Source: an uncultured Nitrososphaerota archaeon | GTDB lineage: Archaea; Thermoproteota; Nitrososphaeria; Conexivisphaerales; DTJL01 | Direction of reading: 5' to 3' | DNA: 64,000 nt | Assembly (NCBI GenBank): GCA_963842885.1 | Contig: CAWJIE010000004.1 | Coordinates: 256,001 to 320,000, forward strand | Shown here: one piece after another, positions 1-9,492 of the stretch | Layout of the letters: the number at the start of each line of letters is the position of its first letter | Numbering within the stretch: the stretch's first letter is position 1 | Notes under the pieces: generated by a model | What the model was told of the DNA's origin: nothing | Database searches by the model: none | Seen by the model: only the letters and a program-made list of their open reading frames with translations | Position numbers and translations under genes: made by a program

Positions 1-208
1 CGGGAGACCGCTGGCTCTGGAACAGAAACGACACCCGCGCCGGGAATGCTATGAAGGCAGAGATGCCGGAGAAGTCCCGGATGAGGGATGAAACGGCCAC
101 CCCGCGTGGAGCAAGGTCAAATGGGGCTGATGACATGCTCACTGCTGGAAGCCCGGGTAGACCACTAAGCTGAATCCCGCCTAGAACAGAAGGAGGGCTA
201 TGGCCAGG
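1..208 (+). ncRNA. rnpB: RNase P RNA, 3' part (5' end outside window)
   Basis: Conserved archaeal RNase P RNA motifs in the expected order: AACAGAAACG, GATGAAACGGC, GGAGCAAG, CCCGGGTAG...GCTGAAT, and terminal AGAACAGAAGGAGGGCTA (P4 3' strand). The 3' end is approximate. Confidence 0.9.
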
Positions 209-301
209 AAACATCCTCACTTCAAACCCCCACTGATGATTAGGAAGGGAGCGGCGGTCGTTATACTGCCTGCTGAGCTTTCTGACGACCATCGCTCTAT
301 T

Positions 302-1315
302 TCATATCATCCGAACGGCGGCGAGTGACCTTACGGCCTGAACTTCGCCGTTGAGGAGGGCCTTTGGCAGCCTCCCGCTCAGCACGTCGATGATGTTCTG
401 CGCGGCGAATATCGCCATCCTGTCTCTGGTCTCCACCGTGGCGCTGGCCGCGTGTGGAAGGAGGACGACGTTGTCAAGCCCCAAGAGAGGCGAGTCCTTG
501 GGAAGGGGCTCCGTCTCGAAGACGTCGAGGCCGGCTCCGGCAATCCGCCTCTCCTTCAGCGCGGCGGCCAGGGCCGATTCGTCGATGACGGTCCCCCTGC
601 TAGTGTTCACCAGTATCGCCGTCCTGCGCATGAGAGAGAGCTCCCTTTCACCGATCATGCCGCGAGTCGTGTCATTCAGGGATAGGCTGACCGACACGTA
701 GTCGGATTCTGACAGCAGCCTGTGCAGGTCGGCGTGCTCCGCCCCCAGCTCGGCTTCTAGGGCGGACTTCCTGTCCCGGCTGAAGTAGAGTATCTTCATG
801 CCGAACCCCTTCCCCCTTCTCGCCACCTCTGCCCCAATGCGACCGAAGCCCACTACGCCCAGGGTCTTGTCATGGAAGTCATGGCCTATCATGAAGCTCA
901 GGTCGCTGTCGGGCCCCCACAGCCCCTCGCGAACGTATCTGTCGCCCATGACGATGTGCCTTGACGTCGCCAGTAGGAGCCCCCAGGCGATGTCTGCTAC
1001 GGCGCCGGACAGGACGTCAGGAGTATGTGTGACATAGATTCCCCTGCGAGTGGCCTCGGCCACGTCGATATGGTCGAAGCCTACGCTGTAGGTGGAGACG
1101 ACGCGGAGCCTCTCCGCTCGGCCGAATAGCTCGGCGTCTATGCGATCGTGCGGCGAACAGAGGAGGGCGTCGGCGCCATCTATCTTCTCGAGGAGCTCGG
1201 CTCGCCCCATCCTGAGCGCATTCTCTGATATGGTCGGGCGCTCGCCTAGAGCTCCCTCCAGCTTGTCCAACCCAGGCGCGGGAAGCCTGTAGGTCGAAAG
1301 TACTCGCGGCCTCAC
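302..1315 (-). CDS. gyaR: D-2-hydroxyacid dehydrogenase (glyoxylate reductase-like)
   Basis: YSVGFDHID, GVVGFGRIG Rossmann motif, NTSRG, GLDVFETEP and LLPHAASAT catalytic motifs. Confidence 0.85.
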   Translation of the reverse strand: MRPRVLSTYRLPAPGLDKLEGALGERPTISENALRMGRAELLEKIDGADALLCSPHDRIDAELFGRAERLRVVSTYSVGFDHIDVAEATRRGIYVTHTPDVLSGAVADIAWGLLLATSRHIVMGDRYVREGLWGPDSDLSFMIGHDFHDKTLGVVGFGRIGAEVARRGKGFGMKILYFSRDRKSALEAELGAEHADLHRLLSESDYVSVSLSLNDTTRGMIGERELSLMRRTAILVNTSRGTVIDESALAAALKERRIAGAGLDVFETEPLPKDSPLLGLDNVVLLPHAASATVETRDRMAIFAAQNIIDVLSGRLPKALLNGEVQAVRSLAAVRMI

Positions 1316-1380
1316 GGCGGCAAGTTGCGACGCGTTTCCATTAAAGAGTTTGGCAGGGTTTGTTGAGCGGAGAACTGGCG

Positions 1381-1989
1381 TCAGCGCGTTTCCGTAGGGG
1401 AGGCTCTGTAGCCCATGTCGAACGCCTTCAAGTTGGGGGCCAGGGTTCTTTCAGGAACCAGCATCTTCAACGCCTCGCCGTATTCCGATGGCTTGATGAG
1501 CTCCTTCGTGATCCCTGCGAAGAAACCCAGGAGGACGGCGTTCTGGTAGAGAGACCTCCCAGCTGCCGAAGCCATCCCCGCGGCGTCGAGGAAGAAGGCC
1601 TTCTTGCAGATAGCGGATATGGAGGACCTTATCTCGGCCGGTGGAGGGTATTTCGCCTTCCCGCTGAACACGGTCACAGGCGGGACCTGGAGCGTGCTGA
1701 CGACGAGGGTTGTCTTATCTCCAGCGTAGACGGATGACCTCAGCCCTTCGAGGAGCTCCATGGAGATGATGTAATCAGCCCTCCCAAGGTCTATCAGAGG
1801 GGAGTGCACCTCCTTGCCGAAGCGGACGAAGGAGACCAGTGAGCCTCCTCTTTGGCTGAGGCCGTGGGTCTCGGTCACCCGAACGTCCAATCCAGACAGC
1901 ATGGCCGCGTTCCCTAGGATTTCTGACGTAAGCAGCACGCCTTGGCCGCCCACACCTGAAACGACGATGGAAACAGGCCTTCCCTCCAT
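1381..1989 (-). CDS. iorB: indolepyruvate:ferredoxin oxidoreductase beta subunit
   Basis: GVGGQG and ETHGLSQRGGS motifs; directly follows iorA. Confidence 0.92.
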   Translation of the reverse strand: MEGRPVSIVVSGVGGQGVLLTSEILGNAAMLSGLDVRVTETHGLSQRGGSLVSFVRFGKEVHSPLIDLGRADYIISMELLEGLRSSVYAGDKTTLVVSTLQVPPVTVFSGKAKYPPPAEIRSSISAICKKAFFLDAAGMASAAGRSLYQNAVLLGFFAGITKELIKPSEYGEALKMLVPERTLAPNLKAFDMGYRASPTETR

Positions 1990-1992
1990 CTG

Positions 1993-3873
1993 CTATGCGA
2001 CTCCCTGGATTATCGCACCGTAGGGGCAGACCTCGGCGCAGAAGCCGCAGCCCGTGCATGCGGCTGAGTCGATGGCCACCTTCGCCAACATCCCTCCCTC
2101 CTCTGTCATTGCTGGGATCAGCGCGGGGCAGCTCGCTAGCACGAGACAGGCGTTGCAGTTGTTGCAGTTCTCGGCGATGACGGCGTATGGAGCGGCCTTC
2201 CTTCCAAACGCCTTCAACTGTTGGCTTGTCAGGAGGGCGCAGGGCTGGCGGAGGATCATCACGGAGACCCCTCTCTCGTCCAGCATCTCCCGAATCTCCC
2301 TCTTCGATGCCTTAACCTGCAGAGGATCAAGGACCCGCAGGCTCTTGACGCCGCATGCCTTCACAAGCTCCTCTATGGAGACCCTCTCCGTTTCATGGAA
2401 CTGAGAGTCGAGGCCGCTGGAAGGGTTGGGCTGAAGGCCGGTCATCGCGGTGATGTAGTTGTCAAGGATGATCAGGGCTAGGTCGTGCTTGTTCCACACC
2501 GCGTTTATGAGCGCTGGGATTCCGGCGTGGAGGAACGTGGAGTCGCCGATGACGGCGAGGGGCTTCAGCTTCGCTCCAATGGCAAAGCCCCCGGCTGCGC
2601 CAATGCTGAACCCCATGTCCAGCAGCACGTCGCCGACGTCGGTGGGAGACAGAGCGCCCATGCCGTAGCAACCTATGTCGGACACGACTACCCGGTTCTT
2701 ACCGGCCAGCGTCTTGATGAGATACATGGAGGCACGATGAGGACATCCCGCGCAGAAGACCGGGGGTCGAGCTGGGCCCGCTGGGACTGGCCGGCTGACC
2801 TTCTTCGCCTGGGGCACGCCTACCAGCGTAGCCATGGCCGAACGTACGTCGACCGGCATCAATTCGCCCACCGAGGGAATACCCGCCTCCTTCCCCAGGA
2901 TAACCGTCTTGAGGCCGTTTTCGTAGGCAAGGCACTTGATCCGTGTCTCGAATATTGGGTCCAGCTCCTCCACGACAAGCACCCTCTTATGGGCCGAAAG
3001 GAACCTCACTATCGCTTCCTCGGGGAGCGGGTTGACCATGAGCATCTTCAGCACGTCTGGCTGCATCGGGCCTGGGAGCTCGGCGTCGAGGACATGCGTC
3101 GAAGCGGAACCGGCACAGATGACGCCGTTCTCAGAACCCCTGTCGATGAGCTTGACGAATTCTGGAGAGCAGCTGACAGCCTTGCACTTCTCCATCTTCT
3201 CAAGAAGGACTTCGTGAGCCCTCACAGGGTAGGGCGGTATGGCCGTGTACCTCCCTTTCTCCTTGACGAACTCCCTCCTCGAAGGAGGCTCCCGCAGGTC
3301 TCCCAATACGACTGGTCCTCTGACATGGCTGACGCGGATGTCCAGCCTGACGAGGACGGGCAGCTCCAAGGATTCGGATATTTCGGCTGCCTTCAGCATG
3401 CATTCCTTGACCTCCTGGGGGTCTGATGGCTGCAGCATTGGCAGGTTGGCGAAATAGCCGTAGTTGCGAGTGTCTTGCTCGTTCTGGCTACTGTATGCGG
3501 CAGGGTCATCGGCCACGACGATGACCAAGGCCGACTTGGGGGCGAAGTACGGCAGGGCCATGAAGGTATCGGAGGCCACGTTGAGGCCGACGTGCTTCAT
3601 TGCGGTGATCGCTCTGAGGCCGTTCATGGCAGCGCCGGCGGCCGTGTCGATTGCGACCTTCTCGTTGACCGAGTACTCGGCGTGTATGCCGACGACCCTA
3701 GAAACCTCTGCGGCTACGTCCAAGACTTCGGAAGCAGGCGTGCCGGGATACGATGTGAAGACAGTGAAGCCGGCCTCAAGACCGCCTCGCACCACGGCCT
3801 CGTTTCCCAGGAGCAGGAATCTCTGGCCTCTGGCTCCGTTTGAAATGACTGATGTGTCAACCAACCAGCTCAC
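1993..3873 (-). CDS. iorA: indolepyruvate:ferredoxin oxidoreductase alpha subunit
   Basis: LLGNEA, YPGTP, NEKVA, MKHVGLNVA, FCAGCPH, TPP motif GDSTF...DN and a C-terminal 2x[4Fe-4S] ferredoxin domain. Confidence 0.93.
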   Translation of the reverse strand: MSWLVDTSVISNGARGQRFLLLGNEAVVRGGLEAGFTVFTSYPGTPASEVLDVAAEVSRVVGIHAEYSVNEKVAIDTAAGAAMNGLRAITAMKHVGLNVASDTFMALPYFAPKSALVIVVADDPAAYSSQNEQDTRNYGYFANLPMLQPSDPQEVKECMLKAAEISESLELPVLVRLDIRVSHVRGPVVLGDLREPPSRREFVKEKGRYTAIPPYPVRAHEVLLEKMEKCKAVSCSPEFVKLIDRGSENGVICAGSASTHVLDAELPGPMQPDVLKMLMVNPLPEEAIVRFLSAHKRVLVVEELDPIFETRIKCLAYENGLKTVILGKEAGIPSVGELMPVDVRSAMATLVGVPQAKKVSRPVPAGPARPPVFCAGCPHRASMYLIKTLAGKNRVVVSDIGCYGMGALSPTDVGDVLLDMGFSIGAAGGFAIGAKLKPLAVIGDSTFLHAGIPALINAVWNKHDLALIILDNYITAMTGLQPNPSSGLDSQFHETERVSIEELVKACGVKSLRVLDPLQVKASKREIREMLDERGVSVMILRQPCALLTSQQLKAFGRKAAPYAVIAENCNNCNACLVLASCPALIPAMTEEGGMLAKVAIDSAACTGCGFCAEVCPYGAIIQGVA

Positions 3874-4203
3874 ACCAGCCCGCCAGGGTCTGTTGCATCT
3901 TTAATTCACAACTTCTTAGCTATTAAGCTGCATAAAAGAGTTCTTATCGGCTCGTCTCTGGCGATTAGGGCCGCCGATGAAAACGGACTGTCCGCGGAGG
4001 TTGGTGATAGAACGGGAGCGACCAGCCAAGGGAAGTCTGGTTTCACTGCCTAGTGACAGATGCTAGTCCTTTGGGTCCAGAGTCCAGTCATTCAACCACC
4101 CCCTCGGGCGAGGTTGCCAATCCGGACCTAGTCAGGGTGATGCAACCGTTAAATCGTGCGCTTCCAGATTCATGTGCGCGGTTGCTGACTCGGTGGAACA
4201 ACA

Positions 4204-4686
4204 ATGACCAAAGTAGATGACGAAATAGAAGAAATGACTCAAACGATCCTGTCGGAGCTTGAAACGAAGAGTTCTTGGGATTTGTCAGAGAGCCTTCACG
4301 CGAAGAAGGCCTTGCTCCTGTGCGACCTTGATCACACAAGAGGGGTCTTGTTGGAGATGCGAAACGCTTCACCCGGAGAGAGGAGCGAGATCGAAAAGGG
4401 AGCAATCATAAAGGCGCTGCTGTATTCAACGTGGTTGCAAAGACTCTACTTCGTAATAAGATCCGCCATCATGGGCCTCATAGGCGCGGTGATAACGCTC
4501 TCTGCCGTGGCGTTTCTTGGCAGAGTGGACGCCTATGAGGTATTGGCTCTGGGCACCCTCTCATTCGCCCTTTCCCTGATCATATCGAGGCTCTTCGACG
4601 CGCAAGTAATGGGAATCACGAAGGGCATCGTCAGATATCTGGCCAATCATGAGAGAATTAGGGATATCGTGATGGATCACGTCTAG
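4204..4686 (+). CDS. hypothetical membrane protein (soluble N-terminus, two C-terminal TM helices)
   Basis: 160-aa ATG ORF with two hydrophobic stretches; no family recognised. Confidence 0.65.
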   Translation: MTKVDDEIEEMTQTILSELETKSSWDLSESLHAKKALLLCDLDHTRGVLLEMRNASPGERSEIEKGAIIKALLYSTWLQRLYFVIRSAIMGLIGAVITLSAVAFLGRVDAYEVLALGTLSFALSLIISRLFDAQVMGITKGIVRYLANHERIRDIVMDHV

Positions 4687-4839
4687 CCGCATGGTATGGA
4701 ACAGATGCGGTGTTCCCCACTGGTTCGAGCACGCAAGTGTCTAGGCTTTCGGCTTCGTTCAGACCATGCTCCGTCCTGTCTTGGGTTCAGATGGGACGTC
4801 CTTGACCGCAGAGGGACGTGCGCGTTACTCATGAGCGCA

Positions 4840-5283
4840 TTATAAGTATACGTTCACGACGTACGACACGATGTAGAGCGGAATCACGACGTAAATCCAC
4901 TCGTGGCCGACGATGGCTTTCTTGAGACCCGTCCGCAGACCATCGCCCAGGAAATCGATGGCAACGCAAACTGCGACTATCGGCACCAAGAGGCCTACCC
5001 TGTACCAGACCATATTCCCTATCAGCTGAACATTACCCGTCAAAAGGAGAACCGCCATGATGACGTAACAGACGGGGATTATCAGATAGATCCAGAAGTG
5101 ATGTATCCTATGCCCACTGAAGAAAAACGGCCTGGCGTATCCCTTCCGATACATCATGTTGGCGATCTTGTCAATTGCTATGCAAGCTGCAACGACTACC
5201 AGAAACCCAACCACGACCCCCACGTGGAAGATTCTAGTTGCCACGTAGGCTGGAGTCGAGGCGTCTCCGAACCGAATCCCCAT
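4840..5283 (-). CDS. hypothetical polytopic membrane protein with His motifs (GHRIHH, GHEW)
   Basis: 147-aa ORF with about 4 hydrophobic segments; an AT-rich box lies about 25 nt upstream. Confidence 0.7.
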   Translation of the reverse strand: MGIRFGDASTPAYVATRIFHVGVVVGFLVVVAACIAIDKIANMMYRKGYARPFFFSGHRIHHFWIYLIIPVCYVIMAVLLLTGNVQLIGNMVWYRVGLLVPIVAVCVAIDFLGDGLRTGLKKAIVGHEWIYVVIPLYIVSYVVNVYL

Positions 5284-5582
5284 GCATGTTGCCTATGACG
5301 AGCTAACATAATAATCTCTTCCTCTGGCGTCGTCCAACATCATCAGATGCAAAGAAAACTAGGTCGGGTCTACGTTGCGACCGAGAAGGCAGTCCCGACG
5401 CACGCAATCATAGGCCGACTTGGCTATTGACCTGTCGGTCCGTAGAGCGATTTCTAGGCATCCGGGAGGTCCCCAATTGGCTGGAGAATCGTCTCGTTGA
5501 TTTGAAAACAACTTCACTTTCCTATTGGAAAGGAAATGTCTAAATACCATCCGCCTGATGCTTGTCAGACGTGGGATACTAG

Positions 5583-5891
5583 ATGGAGTATGTCTACGCT
5601 GCTCTCATACTTCACAGACTCGGAAAGAAAGTGGACGAAGAGAGCATAAAGAAGATAATCACCGCTGCGGGTGTTCAGCCTGACGAAATCAAGGTGAAGG
5701 CCCTCGTAGCGGCCCTCGGCGAAATCAATATCGATGAGGCGCTGAAGTCCGCAGTGGCCATGCCGGCCCAGCAACAGGCTGCTCCGGCCGCGGCTGCCGC
5801 CCCGGCGAAGAAGGAAGAGAAGAAAGAGGAAAAGAAGGAAGAGAAGAAGGAAGAAGAGGCCCTGGAAGGCCTAGCCGCCCTCTTCGGTTAA
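5583..5891 (+). CDS. rpl12: 50S ribosomal stalk protein L12 (P1)
   Basis: [12 protein letters not shown]-terminus, Ala-rich hinge and EEKKEEE...GLAALFG C-terminus. Confidence 0.97.
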   Translation: MEYVYAALILHRLGKKVDEESIKKIITAAGVQPDEIKVKALVAALGEINIDEALKSAVAMPAQQQAAPAAAAAPAKKEEKKEEKKEEKKEEEALEGLAALFG

Positions 5892-5993
5892 TCGGACCTC
5901 CGTCTTCGGATACGATTCGTTTCTGTTTCATTTTGTCACTGTCAGCGTCAGCTTGGGAGAGGCTCTCCTCAAACTGGGGCTCCGACCGCGAGT

Positions 5994-6767
5994 CTATTCT
6001 ATGATTCTTCGTATGGACACAGAAGCCACGCCCAGGAACAGGAGCGTGAAGCCGCCAAGCACGGCGGCATCTAGGGGAAGTTTAGAGTAGTTGCCGGTCA
6101 GAATCATAGCCCTTACGGCGTCCACGACGTAGCTCAGCGGATTGAAGACCGAAACCTTCTGCAGCCAGGCGGGCATCAGGGAAATTGGATAGATGGCGTC
6201 GCTGGCGAAGAAGAGCGGCATAGTGATCGCCTGACCGATGCCCATCATGCGGTCACGCGTCTTCAGGAACGATGCCAGTACCATCGAGAGGGCGGAGAAG
6301 CACATTGCGAAAACGATGATCACTACGAATACACCGAGGACGTCAAGTATGTCGAACCTCAGGTTTACCCCTATTATCAATGCCAGGGCGAAGATCATGA
6401 TCGCTTGGAAGATGCCTCTGACGCTTGCGGCTAGGGCCTTCCCCACGATGATGGAGGACCTTGGTGAAGGCGTGGAGAGGAGTTTGTTCAGAATGCCGAC
6501 ATCTCTCTCCCAGACGACTGTGATTCCGTAGAAGATGGCTACGAAAAGCACCGACTGCGCCAGGACCCCCGGCGTTAAGAACTGGAGGTAGGTGTACCCC
6601 CCCGTGTCTATCCCGCGAATAGAGGTGAACACTTCGCCGAAGACTAAGAGCCAGAGGGCCGGCTGAACCAGCCTGGTCCACAGCTCGGTCGAATCATGGC
6701 GGATCTTCCTTGCTTCCATCTCAGCCACGGTCAGAGAGCTGGAGACGAAGCGGCTGATGGGGTTCAT
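5994..6767 (-). CDS. ABC-2 type exporter permease (DrrB-like)
   Basis: QPALWLLVFG, FLTPG, WERDVG and NPLSYVVDAVR motifs; translationally coupled to the ATPase. Confidence 0.88.
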   Translation of the reverse strand: MNPISRFVSSSLTVAEMEARKIRHDSTELWTRLVQPALWLLVFGEVFTSIRGIDTGGYTYLQFLTPGVLAQSVLFVAIFYGITVVWERDVGILNKLLSTPSPRSSIIVGKALAASVRGIFQAIMIFALALIIGVNLRFDILDVLGVFVVIIVFAMCFSALSMVLASFLKTRDRMMGIGQAITMPLFFASDAIYPISLMPAWLQKVSVFNPLSYVVDAVRAMILTGNYSKLPLDAAVLGGFTLLFLGVASVSIRRIIE

Positions 6768-7750
6768 TATCGAGCATGCCTCATGAAGCTTCTGCGGGCC
6801 TGACGCGCTTGCGAGAGGCTCTCTGCCTCCTCTATCCTCACCTTGGTGTACTTCAGGAAGACGTCGTCAAGGCTGGGCTTGTTCAGAGACAGGGAGAGCA
6901 CTTGCAGGCCGCTCTGTTCATAGAAACCGACAATCCTCGGGATGGCCGTTTCACCGTTGGCCGTCAGGATGTCGATGGAGTCGTCCGCGCTGTGAACGAC
7001 CTTCCCGATGTCCTCAGGCAATAGTGCTCCGGCCTGGGCCGAGAGCTTCACGCTCACCATGTCTCCGCCGACGTTCCGTTTCAGTTCCGCCGGGGTGCCT
7101 CCCGCCACGAATCTGCCATGGTTCATTATTGCGATTCGGCCGCACAGTTCGTCGGCTTCGGCCATGTCGTGCGTGGTGATGAAGACGGTCATCCCCAGTT
7201 CCTTGTTCAGGCGTCTGATATGATTCCAGACCTGCCTCTTTGACGAGGGATCGAGGCCTATGCTGGGTTCGTCCAGGAAAAGGACCCTGGGGCGGCTGAC
7301 AACCGCTTCACCTATCTCGAGGCGCCGCATCATGCCGCCTGAGTAGTGCTTGACGAGATCGTTCGCCCTCTCCGTGAGTTCCATCTCCTGCAGCGCCTCC
7401 TTTATCCTGGGGTCGCGGTCTTTCTTCTGAACATAGAACAGCTTTGAGAAGATCAGGAGGTTCTCATAGCCTGTCAGGTCCCCGTCGGCGGATATGGCTT
7501 GAGGCACATAGCCCATAAGCTGGCGGACTTGCGAGGACGACGAGAGTGCATCAATGTTACAGACCTTGATTGACCCAGAACTGGGCTTGGTCAACCCCAT
7601 TATCATTTTGATGATGGTTGTCTTGCCAGCGCCGTTGGGGCCCAGCAACCCGAAGATTTCTCCATCGTCGACGGTGAAGCTCACCCCGTCAACGGCTCGC
7701 ACGTCAGGCGGGTATTTCTTCTCAAGGTCAGTTACCTCAATGGCCGTCAC
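6767..7750 (-). CDS. ABC exporter ATP-binding subunit (DrrA-like)
   Basis: GPNGAGKTT, YSGGM, LFLDEP, H-loop TTHDM and C-terminal PSLDDVFL. Confidence 0.92.
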   Translation of the reverse strand: MTAIEVTDLEKKYPPDVRAVDGVSFTVDDGEIFGLLGPNGAGKTTIIKMIMGLTKPSSGSIKVCNIDALSSSSQVRQLMGYVPQAISADGDLTGYENLLIFSKLFYVQKKDRDPRIKEALQEMELTERANDLVKHYSGGMMRRLEIGEAVVSRPRVLFLDEPSIGLDPSSKRQVWNHIRRLNKELGMTVFITTHDMAEADELCGRIAIMNHGRFVAGGTPAELKRNVGGDMVSVKLSAQAGALLPEDIGKVVHSADDSIDILTANGETAIPRIVGFYEQSGLQVLSLSLNKPSLDDVFLKYTKVRIEEAESLSQARQARRSFMRHAR

Positions 7751-7797
7751 TTCTCGTCACACCACATCCCGCGCAAACAGATGATGATATTTAAGCG

Positions 7798-8254
7798 ATG
7801 CCTTGGCAACTCGCATACAGCACAGCCTCCCTATTCTCGCGGCAACAAGACCTTGCGAACCAGCGAAGAGTAGACTTCGATGCTCTCGAGGTAGTCAGAG
7901 GCGCCTGTCGCTTCCTGTTCTGTGTGCGAGAGGGAAGCGTCGGGTACCATTCGGAGAGGCACATAGGGTCGCAGGGAGGAGCTCCGGCCTTCTACCTCTC
8001 AGAGGAGGAGGTTCGTCGATTTCCCACCGAGGAAACCGGTTAAGATGGTCCAGCAAGCTCATTCGGGCTTGAAGATGAGCGGCCCCAAAAGCATGGAGCT
8101 AAGAAGTTATCTCCGACCCGAGGCCATACTGAAAGAGACCACGACAGAGGGAGGACCGTCGAGTGGACAAATCCACGCCACCTATCGGAGCCTGAAGCGC
8201 AGGCTGGCACAATTCGAGAAGGAGACCAATGACAGAGCGGCGAAGGATTTCTAA
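7798..8254 (+). pseudogene. argH: probable degraded C-terminal fragment of argininosuccinate lyase
   Basis: Pieces in different frames: RRVPFGEAHRVAGR (cf. ArgH KGVPFREAHHIVG) and PEAILKETTTEGGPS (cf. ArgH C-terminal PE.SV..R...GG). There is no room for the N-terminal two thirds. Confidence 0.5.
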
Positions 8255-8372
8255 GGCGAAAAGGAGGCCTCGCGCCAGCATCTCCACCATCGGATGAATA
8301 GCGTCAAACGACCGACCTATTGCGTACATCCTTGTCCGAAATTCAATGTCCCCTTGGCAAATCATCATAGCG

Positions 8373-8422
8373 TATCGTCATCAAACGACGATAAACGGAT
8401 GACAAGAGCAAATGTTTAATAT
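8373..8422 (+). promoter_or_regulatory. candidate operator (TATCGTC-N7-GACGATA) and TATA box of the lysine operon
   Basis: Perfect 7-bp inverted repeat at 8373-8379/8387-8393, followed by TTTAATAT at 8415-8422 upstream of dapA. Confidence 0.4.
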
Positions 8423-8433
8423 CGGCTCATTGA

Positions 8434-9492
8434 GTGCTTGGCGTGTTGCGCAAGAGCTTGAATGGTTGTATCACGGCGATAATGACGCCTTTCGAATCAG
8501 ATGGCGAGCTTGACGTTGAAGGCTTGGGTCGGCTGTTGGAATTCCAGCTCGCGAACGATGTCGATGGTATAGTTGTAGCTGGCACGACCGGAGAGGGCCC
8601 TACGCTGGAGCATCGGGAGTTCGTGAAGGCGCTCTCTCTTGTCCTTGATGGTGTTCAGGGTAAAGCCCTGACGATAGCCAACACCGGCGCCAACAGCACG
8701 CGAAAAGCTGTCGAGGCTACGACCCAGGCTTGGGAGCTGGGGGCCCGCGCGGCGCTGCTCGTGGATCCTTATTACAACTGCCCCAGCAGCCTCGAGGTAC
8801 GCCGTGAATATTACGAGCCCATCGCCAGAGCGGCCGAGGAGATGCAGCTCATACCATACGTCATACCAGGGCGGACGGGGACACAGATTTCGCCGGAGGA
8901 CTTGGCCCTTCTCGCTCGAGCCTACCCCAACGTCAATGCCGTCAAGGAAGCCACAGGCAGCAGCGACAATGCGGCAGGGATAAGGTCGCTTTGCGGGGAC
9001 TCCTTTTCCATACTGTCCGGAGACGACGAAAGGACGTTCGGCTTGATGACTGATCCTCGTGTGTTAGCCGACGGAACGATCTCAGTGATGTCCAATATTG
9101 CGCCCAAGGCGGTCGCCGATATGGTCGCCGCCGCGCTCAAGGGCGACGTGGGTAAGGCCGTCACGCTAGCAACTGCCTTGAAACCCCTCTTCGAGCTGGT
9201 CACCGTAAGAACCGATGAAGCGATACTAGGCCACACTCTGACGGTGAAGGCGAAGAACCCTCTGCCGGTAAAGACGATGGCCGCGGTGTTGGGTTTGCCA
9301 GCCGGCCGATGCAGGCAGCCGTTGGGAAGGATGACCAAGGCTGGCTTGAACAGGGTTCTGACCGGATTGGAATCGGTATGGAAACACAATCCGGAGATCC
9401 TAGAGCCCGTGGAAAAGGGGTTCGGAGTGAGCGTCGCCGACCGTCTGGGGTCACCGGCTAGCCTGGAAGGATTGTGCTATGAAAGCTACTGA
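8434..9492 (+). CDS. dapA: 4-hydroxy-tetrahydrodipicolinate synthase
   Basis: TAIMTPF, GTTGE, PYYN, Y.IPGRTG, VKEATG (Schiff-base Lys) and LSGDD. The start may be a few codons downstream. Confidence 0.92.
   Translation: MLGVLRKSLNGCITAIMTPFESDGELDVEGLGRLLEFQLANDVDGIVVAGTTGEGPTLEHREFVKALSLVLDGVQGKALTIANTGANSTRKAVEATTQAWELGARAALLVDPYYNCPSSLEVRREYYEPIARAAEEMQLIPYVIPGRTGTQISPEDLALLARAYPNVNAVKEATGSSDNAAGIRSLCGDSFSILSGDDERTFGLMTDPRVLADGTISVMSNIAPKAVADMVAAALKGDVGKAVTLATALKPLFELVTVRTDEAILGHTLTVKAKNPLPVKTMAAVLGLPAGRCRQPLGRMTKAGLNRVLTGLESVWKHNPEILEPVEKGFGVSVADRLGSPASLEGLCYESY

Noticed and set aside
232-296. Possible C/D box sRNA after rnpB (TGATGA...CTGA)
   Set aside because: No convincing internal D'/C' boxes or identifiable guide target.
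2485-3426. 313-aa plus-strand ORF
   Set aside because: Antisense shadow of iorA with no recognisable motifs.
5805-5860. Purine-rich tandem repeat (AAGAAGGAAGAG-like)
   Set aside because: Encodes the normal KKEE hinge of ribosomal protein L12.
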